Source: the human T2T-CHM13v2.0 reference genome, Homo sapiens
Direction: 5' to 3' (one strand)
Assembly: GCF_009914755.1 (NCBI RefSeq)
Contig: NC_060947.1
DNA length: 64,000 nucleotides
Each line of letters starts with the position of its first letter. Within the stretch, counting starts at the first letter, position 1. The position numbers and the translations under genes were made by a program. Below the pieces are notes generated by a model that saw nothing but the letters and a program-made list of their open reading frames with translations, was not told the DNA's origin and did not search any database. Shown here in pieces: positions 17,156-34,231 of this stretch.

Positions 17156-17929
17156 TTGGCTGAGTTTTCTGTACCAAAGACTGAGCTAAGACTCTTTAAA
17201 AGGATGATCTTATTTAAGCCTTACAGCAAGTAAATGTTATCCCCATCTTCCTGATGAGGACACAGTGACCACCACGCTCAAGGACACAGAGGGTGGACGT
17301 GCCACATTCACACTCTGTGACTTAGAGCGGCTGGACGGGCAGGGACTTAGGAGGCCTACAGCAGCCAGGGTGAGATTATGAGGCTGAGCTGAGAATATCA
17401 AGACTGTACCGAGTAGGGGGCCTTGGCAAGTGTGGAGAGCCCGGCAGCTGGGGCAGAGGGCGGAGTACGGTGTGCGTTTACGGACCTCTTCAAACGAGGT
17501 AGGAAGGTCAGAAGTCAAAAAGGGAACAAATGATGTTTAACCACACAAAAATGAAAATCCAATGGTTGGATATCCATTCCAAATACACAAAGGCAACGGA
17601 TAAGTGATCCGGGCCAGGCACAGAAGGCCATGCACCCGTAGGATTGCACTCAGAGCTCCCAAATGCATAGGAATAGAAGGGTGGGTGCAGGAGGCTGAGG
17701 GGTGGGGAAAGGGCATGGGTGTTTCATGAGGACAGAGCTTCCGTTTCATGCAATGAAAAGAGTTTGGAGACGGATGGTGGTGACTGGACTATACACTTAC
17801 ACACGGTAGCGATGGTACACTTTGTATTATGTATATTTTACCACGATCTTTTTAAAGTGTCAAAGGCAAATGGCCAAATGGTTCCTTGTCCTATAGCTGT
17901 AGCAGCCATCGGCTGTTAGTGACAAAGCC

Positions 17930-18800
17930 CCTGAGTCAAGATGACAGCAGCCCCCATAACTCCTAATCGGCTCTCCCGCGTGGAGTCATTTAGGAGTAGT
18001 CGCATTAGAGACAAGTCCAACATCTAATCTTCCACCCTGGCCAGGGCCCCAGCTGGCAGCGAGGGTGGGAGACTCCGGGCAGAGCAGAGGGCGCTGACAT
18101 TGGGGCCCGGCCTGGCTTGGGTCCCTCTGGCCTTTCCCCAGGGGCCCTCTTTCCTTGGGGCTTTCTTGGGCCGCCACTGCTCCCGCTCCTCTCCCCCCAT
18201 CCCACCCCCTCACCCCCTCGTTCTTCATATCCTTCTCTAGTGCTCCCTCCACTTTCATCCACCCTTCTGCAAGAGTGTGGGACCACAAATGAGTTTTCAC
18301 CTGGCCTGGGGACACACGTGCCCCCACAGGTGCTGAGTGACTTTCTAGGACAGTAATCTGCTTTAGGCTAAAATGGGACTTGATCTTCTGTTAGCCCTAA
18401 TCATCAATTAGCAGAGCCGGTGAAGGTGCAGAACCTACCGCCTTTCCAGGCCTCCTCCCACCTCTGCCACCTCCACTCTCCTTCCTGGGATGTGGGGGCT
18501 GGCACACGTGTGGCCCAGGGCATTGGTGGGATTGCACTGAGCTGGGTCATTAGCGTAATCCTGGACAAGGGCAGACAGGGCGAGCGGAGGGCCAGCTCCG
18601 GGGCTCAGGCAAGGCTGGGGGCTTCCCCCAGACACCCCACTCCTCCTCTGCTGGACCCCCACTTCATAGGGCACTTCGTGTTCTCAAAGGGCTTCCAAAT
18701 AGCATGGTGGCCTTGGATGCCCAGGGAAGCCTCAGAGTTGCTTATCTCCCTCTAGACAGAAGGGGAATCTCGGTCAAGAGGGAGAGGTCGCCCTGTTCAA
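17930..18800. promoter_or_regulatory. L/M opsin locus control region (LCR) enhancer
   Basis: Unique sequence about 3.1-4.0 kb upstream of the first opsin gene, with clustered K50-homeodomain (CRX/OTX2) TAATC sites near 17963, 18024, 18354, 18397 and 18556. The position matches the established LCR. Confidence 0.88.
18376..18412. promoter_or_regulatory. Conserved ~37-bp LCR core
   Basis: GGACTTGATCTTCTGTTAGCCCTAATCATCAATTAGC contains a CRX site CTAATC (18397-18402) next to a Ret-1/PCE-1-type CAATTAG (18405-18411). I recognise it as the published LCR core; exact limits are from memory. Confidence 0.85.
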
Positions 18801-19299
18801 GGCCACCCAGCCAGCTCATGGCGGTAATGGGACAAGGCTGGCCAGCCATCCCACCCTCAGAAGGGACCCGGTGGGGCAGGTGATCTCAGAGGAGGCTCAC
18901 TTCTGGGTCTCACATTCTTGGATCCTCGGATCCTCTGACTCTGGTGGGGACAGGCAGACCAAGCTCTCTTGGACCCGGGAAGAGGGACCCTTGGAAGTCA
19001 CTTGGGATTGAGTTCTAGAGTCTTGACACTGTTTCAGCAGATCTATACTTTGAACCCACCTCAGGCATCTCATCCACAGAACAGGGACAGTGACCATTCC
19101 ATCTTGCCAAGGAGTGCGGGGCACACACCATGCTGCTGGCAGCCAGGGTGGAAAGTCAAGGGGTCCCAGCTGAAGCACTGCCACAGAGGCAGGATGCAGT
19201 CCGAGAGGGGACTTCAGAGCAGGGGCCCAAGGCCAAGGCCATCAGGGAGGTCTTTCTGCAGGAGGGACCTCTTTAGGAGTTAGGCCCTAAAAACAAATA

Positions 19300-20600
<1,301 letters not shown>

Positions 20601-21700
20601 GGGGAAAAAGCTCACCTTTCTAGGCTGTGAATGGGCCCTGGCAAGTCTGTGGCCAGGACTCGTCTTCTCTTCCACATGGGGCCCCTAGCTTGGCACCTAG
20701 CACGTGGCAGGCAGCGACAGATGTTAAAAGCCATTCTTGCTATGGGTAGCCAGGCTGGGGCTCCATGCAGCCCTGGCCTTCAGCTTGGCAGCCAGGGCCC
20801 CCTTGTGCCTGCAGCAGAAGCCATGCTGCCAGGAGTGTAAGTGTGAGCCAGGAATGCTGGAGAATCGTGGCTCTGAGAACAGGGACAAGAGGCCACAAGC
20901 TCACGCCTTGGCTTTCCTAAGCTTAAGGAATAAACCCAAAAGGAGGTACCTGGAAGGAGCTGGATTTGGGGACTGAGGAGCTGGGAGCTGATGGAAGCCG
21001 TGAAAGGGGATGTGCTCCTGGGGAGGCGCTGGGGCGGGTGGGCCGTGGAGGGGACAGGGCCCGTTGGTTGGAAACTGAGGCGAGGCTACGGAGTTGGGCA
21101 CTAACAGGTCATCCGTGCCCCTGCGAAGCGTGGGGACACAGGGACAGCAGAGATGGCCTGTCTGGACACTCTGTCGACGGGGGGCCTGTGGTTGGTGAAG
21201 CCCAAGGCAAGGCTGTGAACTCAGGGCAAGGGAGACGTGAGCAGGCGCTGCCGTGGGCTGATGTGGGCACTGCATGTGCACCCTGGCGGCCAAAGGACCT
21301 ACAGCTCATGGGGGGCAAGGGGGAGGAGGGAAGCCAACAGCAGGATGTGCGCAGTCAGTCTGCCCCCCCTACACTGGAGGAGGAGCCCCCCGGCACAAAT
21401 CTCGCCCGTTTGGGCCCACGGACATGGCTGGCCTCGCAAGGAGGATCCGGTTCCAGGCCTCGGCCCTAAATAGTCTCCCTGGGCTTTCAAGAGAACCACA
21501 TGAGAAAGGAGGATTCGGGCTCTGAGCAGTTTCACCACCCACCCCCCAGTCTGCAAATCCTGACCCGTGGGTCCACCTGCCCCAAAGGCGGACGCAGGAC
21601 AGTAGAAGGGAACAGAGAACACATAAACACAGAGAGGGCCACAGCGGCTCCCACAGTCACCGCCACCTTCCTGGCGGGGATGGGTGGGGCGTCTGAGTTT

Positions 21701-22185
<485 letters not shown>

Positions 22186-22921
22186 TGAATTGGGGGGTCC
22201 TCTCCAAATCTAGAAGGACACCATAATATCGAATATGCATTCTCAAGCCACACAGGCTTCCCAGCCCCTTTGAGAATCCGAGGCCGGGGAAGAGTTTATG
22301 TGCTCTTTCTTTGTGGCCCGTAGATGAGTGTGTTCACTGCTAGCGAATGACCTCTCATTCCACGGAGTCCCTCAGCTTCCTGGGGAAGAGCTGGGTCTGT
22401 CTTTACATTTGAAGCCGAAAGGAGGCAACATACTGACACACCCAAGGGAGGCGGGAGGGTGGGGAAGACAGCAGCAGAGGGCAAGAAACTTCTAGAACTT
22501 CAGGGTCGGCAAAGCCTGTAGCAGTCATTTTGTCAAACTCCATGATGGGGCCACTTGGCTTTTGGCTGCACACCTCTGGGGGAAGAGGCTGCATTGGCGC
22601 CCAGGGCCATCTTTCCATTCGGAGCCGTCCTGGGAGAGAGGGCTCAGGCCCAACAGAAAGCTGAAAGCTCTCATCAGGGCAGCCCGAGTCCTGCCATTGG
22701 GAGTTGCCCAATCCGAAAGTTTTGCACGCAGGCCCTCAAAGAAGCTGAGGACACCAGTGACCGCCCCACTCCTGGCCCTCTCCCCAGGTCCCTCCTCCAA
22801 ACCAAATTCCTTTGGTGCCTTCAAGAACATCGTGCAGGCCGGGCACAGTGGCTCACGCCTGTAATCCCAGCACTTTGGGAGGCAGAGGCGGGCAGATGAC
22901 GAGGTCAACAGATAGAGATCA

Positions 22922-23283
<362 letters not shown>

Positions 23284-24180
23284 TCAACATGACTGTGCCC
23301 AGAATTTCCTTGGTGGCAATGTCAACAGTCTCTTCCTAGATGCCCCCAGACTTCATCAATGCATGATGCTTCAGTGCACTCTTTTCAAATGTCGGGGTGG
23401 GTTTTTTTTTTTTCCACAAAACTTCAAGCATCTACTAAAGTAGAGGGAGGAGTGTAATGAACTCCGGTACCCATCACTCAGCTTCCACGGTTTCATCTCA
23501 TTTCATCTGTGACCCCTCCACTACCCTTTCTTCCTGATTCTTGGAAGCAAATCCAAGACATCACACCCTTCCCTCTGTAAATCTTTACTATGTTCCTCTA
23601 GGAGAAAAGGGCTCTTCTCAATACATAACCACAAGTCATCATCACACCGACAAGTGTAACAGTATTTCCTGAATAGCTTCAAATATCCTAGTAGTGTTCA
23701 AAAAATGTCATACGTATTTTCAGTCTGCTTGAATCAGGGCTCAAATAAGGTCCACACATTCAGATTGACTGATATGCCTTTTGACTACCTTTGAATCTAG
23801 AGGTTCCCTTTCTATCTCCCTGCAATTTATTTGTGGAAGCAAGCAAGTCGTTCATGACGTAGCCTAACAGGCCCCTCTGACGTTGTTCATTATGATTTTT
23901 CTGTAAATTGGTAGTTGATCTGAGGATCTGGCCAGAGGTAGGTTGGATTTGTTGGTGTGTTTTGGCAAGGAGAGTGTCTCTTTTCTGGGGTGTTGGCAGC
24001 TACTGAAACTCAATGCCCAGACCAATTAAACCACTGGGGATGGAAAATGACGGCATTCGGACACCTTACCCTGCCTTCACCTATTGGTGACCAAAACCTT
24101 AACATCTTCACAGGTCTTCTTACCCTGAGGGTATATGCCACTAGGTTGTGTAGTAAACCGGTGTGTTTCCAGTCCCTTAG

Positions 24181-24588
<408 letters not shown>

Positions 24589-26560
24589 TAAATTTTGTTT
24601 TATAATTATGTAATAAAACAGTTAAAAGTCTCAAATTAAAATCTAGAAAAGAAGGTGTATTTGAAGAAGTCTGGCTTCTCTGCGCCACCACCGACCGCCC
24701 CTTCCCTACCTGCCTGTATTTCCTCGAATCACTTTGCCTGGGAGTTGACTTTGATTCTCTTGCTCATTGCTTCATGAAATTCAGTTCCAGAACTTTCAGG
24801 AGGGAGGGGTAGGCCATGACACCAGCTCTAGTTACACTGGTGGCAGCTCCTGTCCCCTCCCCCACTGCTGCTGGGACCTGTTCTCTCCTTTGCCCCCTTG
24901 TCCCTGCACTGCCCAATTTGGACCGCAAGGGTTGCCAGGGAAGGGCACTGGCTGCCTTGTTTTCAGAGGTCGTAGCACCTAGATTGCTCCAGCCCCTTGC
25001 ACTTGCCTGCAGGCCAGAGTGTCCCAAACCCTCCCAGTCTCAGCTGCTCTTCCCCAGTTCACCCAAGGTACTTCCCAGGGAAGAGCTGCCGACAGTTTGG
25101 GGGTTCTCTGTTCTTAGGTCCATCAGCAACCCCATTGCTCCCCTCTGCTTCCTTCTGCACGGAGACTGACGCCATGCAGGTCTTCAATTGTCAATGGTCT
25201 GTCCCTGCTGCTCATACTGGGGGTTCCTGGGGAGCCAGTGCCAGGTATCGGGATTGCAGACATTGTCTGTGGGTTTCCAGAAGCTCCTTGTGTTAGGAAC
25301 ATATGGGGCCCGTGCACAGAGGGCAGCAGAGGCCTTGTGGGATCCAGCTGTGCTAGGGGTGAGATTTATCTGTCTCTCCTGGCCATAGCCAGGAAATCCC
25401 CATTTTTCTTAAGCTAGCTTGAGTTGGGCTTTTCTAACACACAGCTAAAGAATCTCTTGATAAACCTTGGGACTCTCCATGAGGCCTTATATGGCAGCAG
25501 GTCTGTGGCTTGCAATCCCTTCAAGTAATCTGCCAAAAACAATGTTATGACGAAGGTCCTTCCAACACAAAAGGTGTAGAGCCCTAGCAAACTCCTACAG
25601 AAGAAAAAGGAGAAATAATTCGTTTGTAGTCCCAGCTACTTGGGAGGCCAAGGTGGGAGGATCACTTGAAGTCAGGAGTTCGAGACCAGCCTAGGCAACA
25701 TAGCCAGACCCCATCTCTACAGAAATAAAAAAAATTGCCATTGTGGTAATGCACGGCTTGTAGTCCCAGATACTCGAGAGGCTGAGGCAGGAGGATCGCT
25801 TGAGCCCAGGAGGATCGCTTGAGCCCAGGAGTTCCACGTTGCAGTGAGCTATGATTGTGCCACTGTACTCCAGCCTGGGTGCCAGAGCCAGGCTCTATCT
25901 CTATTTGGTGTTGTTGTTGTTGCTGTTGTTGTTTTTGAGACGGAGTCTTGTTCTGTCACCCCGGCTGGAGTGCAGTGGCGTGATCTCAGCTCACCGCAAC
26001 CTCTGCCTCCTGGGTTCAAGTGATTCTCCCGCCTCAGCCTCCTGAGTAGCTGGGACTACAGGCGCCCACCACCATACCTAGCTAATTTTTTTTTCTTTTG
26101 TATTTTTAGTAGAGACGGGGTTTCACCATGGCCAGGCTGGTTTTGAACTCCTGACCTCAAGTGATCCACCCCCTCGGCCTCCCAAAGTGCTGGGATTACA
26201 GGCGTGAGCCACCGCTCCCAGCCGACTGTATCTCTAAATATATAATAATCATAATCATAATCAGGACAGCCGTCATATTGGATTAGGGCCCACCCTAATG
26301 ACCTCATTTAAACTTGGTCATTTCTGTAAAGACCCTATCTCCGAAAACGGTCACATTCTGAGGTATTGGGGTTAGGACTCCAACATATGAATTTGGGTGG
26401 GGACACAATTCAACTCATAACACATTCATTGATTAATTTCCTCATTCATTTATTTTCTGAGCATCTATTGTGTGCTGGACACTCTGTGAGGATGAATGAG
26501 TCAAAGTCTCTGGTGAGAAAGACAAGACTTGTACTTGTGTCTCAGTACTGGCTGCTATAA

Positions 26561-26653
<93 letters not shown>

Positions 26654-26695
26654 TGAGATCATCCTAGCTAACATGGTGAAGCCCCGTCTCTACTA

Positions 26696-27068
<373 letters not shown>

Positions 27069-28256
27069 CTACTACTCCGGAGGCTGAGGCAGGAGAATTG
27101 CTTGAACCCAGGAGGCGGAGGTTGCAGTGACCCGAGATCACATCACTGCACTCCAGCCTGGGTGACAGAGCAAGACTTTGTCCCAAAAAAAAAAAAAAGA
27201 AAAGAAAGAAAGGAAAAGAATAAAAGAGAAATTACCATAGATTGGGTGGCTTTTAAATGATAAATTTATTTCTCACAGCTCTGGAGGCTGGAAGTCAGGG
27301 TGCTAGCGTGGTGGGCTCTGGCGAGGACCCTCTTCCTGACTGCAGATTGCCAACAACTCATTGTATCCTCACATGGAAGAAAGAGAGCTAGAGAGCACTC
27401 TAGGGACTCTTTTTCTTGTTTGTTTTAATTAAAAAAAAATTTTTTTTACATGGGCATGCCATGTTGCCCAGGTTGGATTTGAACTCCTGGGCTCAAGCAA
27501 CCCTCCAGCCTCAGCCTCCCAAAGTGCTGGGATTACAGGCATGAGCCACCATTCCCAGCTAATTTGGGCTGTTCCCAAAGGCTCAAGTGATCCTCCCACG
27601 TTGGCCTCCTGAGTAGCTGGGGCTACAGGCGTGAGCCACCATGCCCAGCTTCTAGGACCTCTTTTATAAGGGCACTAATCCCATTCATGAGGGCCCCACT
27701 CACTCTGCACACATGACCTAAATGACCTGCCAAAGGCCCCACCTCCTAATACCATCACCTTGGGGGTTGGGATTTCAACACAGAAATTTATGGGGGGCAC
27801 GTACATTCAGATCATCATGAACAGTAACTCCTATGTGTGACAGAAGGTGACAGAGGTGGGTAGTGGTCTTCCCCTCAAGGGGGTGAGTTGCCACTAGCTG
27901 GGGAATCTTCTGGAAGGCAAATGCATATGAGCTGGGCTTTACAGGAGGCAAGCGTTTCTCTATGGAAGGGCAGAGGACTGTGGGAGGTAGGAGGTGGGGC
28001 TGGGGCAAAGGGAAGAGGGGAGCAGGGAAGTGGGGTGACTGCACACTGGGAGTGGGGAATCAGATGGAGGAGACGATGAGGAGTTCTGTTAAGTTCAAGA
28101 TGCCAGTGCCAGTGACCAGCGGGCGATGGTCTCTGGCTTGAGGGACAGGATGGAGGGGAGACTGTCTGAGGATGGACAAAGCTGGAGGGAAACAGCCAAT
28201 TGCAAAGGCAGGAGGGCGGAAGGGGGAGGGGAGAGGTGGGATCAGCACTGGTATAG

Positions 28257-28700
<444 letters not shown>

Positions 28701-30519
28701 TAGGCCTGTCTCCCTCCCCATCTGCGCCTCACATCCATATACTGAAGGGTTCTGGAGGCTTCCATCTGAACACTCACATTAAATTCAGCTCCCTTGAGTC
28801 AAACATACCCTGAGTTCCTACTCTTGAGTCAGGCTCTGCCCGGGGACAGCCAGTTTGGAGCTGTGGGGCTGGTGTGGGAGGAGACAGATACAGAGCTAGA
28901 CAACCCCAGAACAGTAGGGGGGCGGGGACTCTGGGCACCCTGGACAGAACTCCCCTGCAATTAGGGATGCCTGCTCTTTCAGCTCGCCAGCATCTGCTTT
29001 TCCCGGAGGAGACACAATTCCCAGATCCTCTCCCCATCCCCATCACTAATATCTCTGTGGGCCACTATTCCGCTCAGGTCAGGAGACAGTGGCCGAGAGG
29101 TACTAGCGTGCCAGGCTCTGTGCTAAGGAGGGGGCCCTATAGCCAGACGGCAACCACACAGTACCATCATCAGTCCTCTCAGACAAGAAGGGGCCTGGGG
29201 CAGGTGGTGGAGGAGCGGCTGGGAGCAGTTTGTGGTTCGAGTGGATAGAGTACCACCAAGCAGCCGTGGCTGCTGGACACGAGGTGGGCAGGCCCAGGTC
29301 TCAGAGGCCTCAGACGTCATGCCCAGGAGCTGGGACTTTCTTTCAGGAGGAGGAGACCCCACATCCAGCAGCAGCAGCTCCTGCTCTTGCCTCCCCACCA
29401 CTCTTAGCAGCCTCCCCAACCCCACCCCGTTAACTGCCTCAAATTGTACCCACGATGGCCCAGACCAGAGAGGGTGCTTGTCCAAGTCCCGGCACTACCC
29501 CGATAGTGTAGAAGGGGAGCCAAGGGAAGGTCAGGCAGAGAAGGTCCATCCCCAGGTCCGAGTGCTCTCTGCAGCAGGCATGGCCTCGGTGGTCACACGA
29601 CCCTTCCCGAGTGCCCCCCTGCATCTCCGCCCACGTCTGTCTCCGTTTCTGCCATGGTCTCCCGCTCACCCTTGCCTCTGCTCATGGTCTGTTCTTGGGT
29701 CAGTCAGGTGCCAAGCAGCCAGCACTTCCCCACCACTTTTGGTCCACGGATGCCCTTGGCCATCTGGGAAGCCTGTGGACCCCATCTCAGGAGAATTTTT
29801 GCAAACGCATAAAATGAGACCCATAGGATTACAAAGGCAGCAAATTATACTGAAATACAGTTATCAAAGTATTAAACATTCATCAGTAACATAGTCTTTA
29901 GTTAAAAGCATTTACTGGCCAGGCTCATACCTGTAATCCCAGCACTTTGGGAGGCTGAGGTGGGAGGACTGCTTGCCTCCAAGAGTTTGAGACCAGCCTG
30001 GGCAACATAGTGAGACCTCTTCTCTACAACAAATAAAAACAGCTGGGCGTGGTGGCACACCAGTAGTCCCAGCTACTCAGGAGGCTCAGGCGGGAGGATC
30101 GCTTGAGCTCTGGAGGTCAAGGCTGCAGTGAGCTATGATGGCACCACTGCACTCAGCCTGGGCAACAGAGTGAGATTCTGTCTCAAAAAGTAAATAAAAA
30201 TAAAAGCATGTGTTAAACGTATTAGTGACACCACTCAGTATTAAGGTATTAAATAACAGGATCCCGCCTGACAACCACTGTTATTTCAGAGTAGTGATGA
30301 ACATAAGTGGTATTCGAACTCTCTGCCACCTCTATGAATTGACAGGAAAACATCTGTGACCTCTCTTGCTGACCGAGTCACGGGTACTGCTAATACTGCC
30401 ACGTTCATAATGGAAGGAAATGCCCAGTGTCTGTTCGAGGTTGGTGGAAAGAAAGATGTCGTTTTTTCCACCTCAGTCCGTGGAGCCCTGAATTCTGTGT
30501 GCAGACGTTTGGGGTCTAA

Positions 30520-30762
<243 letters not shown>

Positions 30763-32113
30763 TAAGGGTGCGAGGACGCAAGATGGAGTGGGCAGGGTCA
30801 GACTCTGTGACCTTAAGGCAAATCACTTCCTTTCTCTGGGCCCCTCTGAGCGTGCAATGTCTATCAATGTATGAATGTGGCTGCAACATAGGAAAGGCTC
30901 TGTGGTCCCCGAACCTCTGGAAACATATTTATCCCAAGCACGATCAGGTCACAGGCGCACACGGAGCTCAGGCCATCAGCACAGCTGTCAGTGAACGCAT
31001 AGCGTGTTTGCATTCCAGGTCTCTTTCTTGCACACGCTGCCGCACCACGCCCCCCACCTTTCAGAGGCTGCTTGGGTCATAGATCCACCTGGGCCTACAG
31101 AGCACATGTCCTGGCCAGGCCAAGCAAGTGGCTCAAATGTTTGATTGGAGTGGACTGGGTGGGACAGCATTTCACTGTTTTATCGACAAGCTCGTGAATA
31201 AGTTCTCGTGGTGTTTGGAGAGGGAATGTTCTTTCCTCGAGAACGTTCCACAATTCTAGGAAACAAACCTTGTGGAAGCCTGTCTCTGTCTCCCGCCCTC
31301 CTCATGCCGCCATGCCCCACACAGCTGCCCGTTATCAAACATGTGTGGTGAGCTGACCCTGGTGGAGGCTCTCCCGCGGGTTATCTCATTTAATCCTCCA
31401 GGCCACTAAGTGAGCAGGGCCCTTTATTTCAGTCATGGCCTAGCTGACCTCAGATAAAAGACTCAGCTCTTCATGGGTGTTCTCAGAAGGTCAGGGCAAG
31501 AAGGAACCTCACAATCCCTTTGTAAAGAAGGGGAGTGATTGGGAAGATGAAAATGTCCTGGAAGCAGATAGTGGAGATGGTTGCACAGCATTGTGAATGT
31601 ACCAAAGGTCACAATGGTACTTTTTTCTTTTTTTGAGACAGGGTCTCACTCTGTCACTCAGGCTGGCACAGTGCAGTGGTGTAATTATGGCTCACTGCAG
31701 CCTCCACCTCCTGGGCTCAAGTGATCCTCCTACCTCAGCCTCCTGAGGAGCTGGGCCTACAGATGCACCACTTCACCTAGCTAATTTTTTTTATTTTTTG
31801 TAGAGACAAGATCTCACTGTGTTCCAGGCTAGTCTTGAACTCCTGGGCTCGAGCAATCCTCCTACCTCTGCCTCCAAATGTGCTGGGACTATAGGCGTGA
31901 GCCATTGTGCCTGGCCTATAATGGTACATTTTATGTTATGTGTATTTTACCACAATTCAAAAAGAAGAAAGGCATGACATCTAAAAATGGACAAGGATTA
32001 ACCAAAATCCTACCCAACGGTTTTGTTTTGGGTTGATGAAAATGTTCTGGAAGCAGAGGTGGTGACTGCCACAGAATTGATCACTTCAAATTGGGTAATC
32101 TCATGCAACATGA

Positions 32114-32455
<342 letters not shown>

Positions 32456-33946
32456 TGAGTCCACTGAGACTCCTAAACTATTTTTCCAAAAATCCTTAGA
32501 GAAGAGGATTTTACCCCTATAAGAAAATATTAAGATCCAGCGATGAGAATCAGGTGATTCCTTTGGGACTGTACCAGTGGCTGCAGGTTCAGCCCCAGCC
32601 CCGTTGTCCTCAGCTCTGTGAGACGGGAAAGCACTGCCACTCCCTCCCTGGAGGAGTCCACTAAGGGAACAGAGGTGTGCCTTGCCCCGACCCTGGACAG
32701 TTCTCCCCGGGGTGGAAAGGCTGCCTTTCCCACAGAGTAGAGTGGAGCAGCCACATCAGCAAATGACACCTGCAAATCAAGGCGTGTTTTTATGAGGCTG
32801 CCACCGGAGTACCCTTGTCCTTTTCATAGGCTGTGGGGCCGACCAAGGAGTGGACCCGAGAGTGCCATTTGCCCCCCTGACCCACTCTCCACCTCCATGT
32901 CTGGCCCTCTGCCCTGGGAAGCTGATCCTGTCCACAGCCGTCACCCCCCACCCCTAGACTAGGCTACCACTGGGAGCCCTTCAGGAAGTCAGAGCAAGGG
33001 AGGAGAGCCAGGCTGGTTCTTTTCTGTTAGCAGTGGGAGCCCTTTCAGGGTGCTGGCTTTCCTATATGAAGCTGCCTGTGCCCACAATTGGATGGGCATG
33101 CCTGCCAAGCTCTCTCTAGAGGAGTCTGTGAGCCTGTGAAAGGCCCCCTCACCCCGTCACCTTGGGGTGAAGGCTCCCACAGGTACCCAACCATGGCTTC
33201 GGCTGTATTAGTCTGGGATGGTAGAGCCCCAGCTCCACAATGTGGCCCCAGCTCTGCTGTCTCAGCCATCCCTGCATTCCAGCCCTCACACTCCCTCTCT
33301 CATCCCCACTCATCTGCCTGCCGCCAGTCCCTCATCCCTGGCAGGTGGTGGCTGGCCTCTGGCCTCCCCCACAGTGCCTCTGCCTGGAGGCCATTCGTCT
33401 CCTTCCTCCCAGCAGGCATGAAGGAGCCACCCCACCAAAGCTGCCCTCAGCTGCCTCACCGTGAGTCCAGGGCAGGATTTAGTCCACAGAGTGGCCAACC
33501 TGGCCTAGGAAGCCTGAGGGAAGTGTATGCATTGCTCTGACACTCCCATCGCGCACCCCGCCAGCCACTGCTTTTGCCTCCCCCGCCATCTCCACCTTGT
33601 TAACTCCTTCATTCTCCACGCCCAGTCATCAATCAAATCAGGCCTCCATGCTCAGGCCTGAGCGCAGGACAGGACAGTCTGTTAAGGGATCAGGTGAAGC
33701 AAAGGAGCTTGTTAGATCCAGCTCTGGGGTCATCTTAGGCCACACCTAGCTGCATGCCACCTCCAATTCTAGAACTCCCCCAGGGCCAGCCTGAGGCAGC
33801 CATGTCTGCCTGGGGCCGGCTGTGCTCCACTCAGGGCTGGAAGATGGCTGCTGGGCTCCTCTCCTCCTCCCCACAACTCCCTATGCCTGGGTCACCTGCC
33901 TCTTGCTGCCCTCCAACCCCCGACTCACTATCCCTGTCTCCCTTAG

Positions 33947-34231
<285 letters not shown>

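Noticed and set aside
29232-29894. 220-aa ORF in opsin intron 2
   Set aside because: GC-rich intron, no domain similarity recognised, and no flanking splice or Kozak support.
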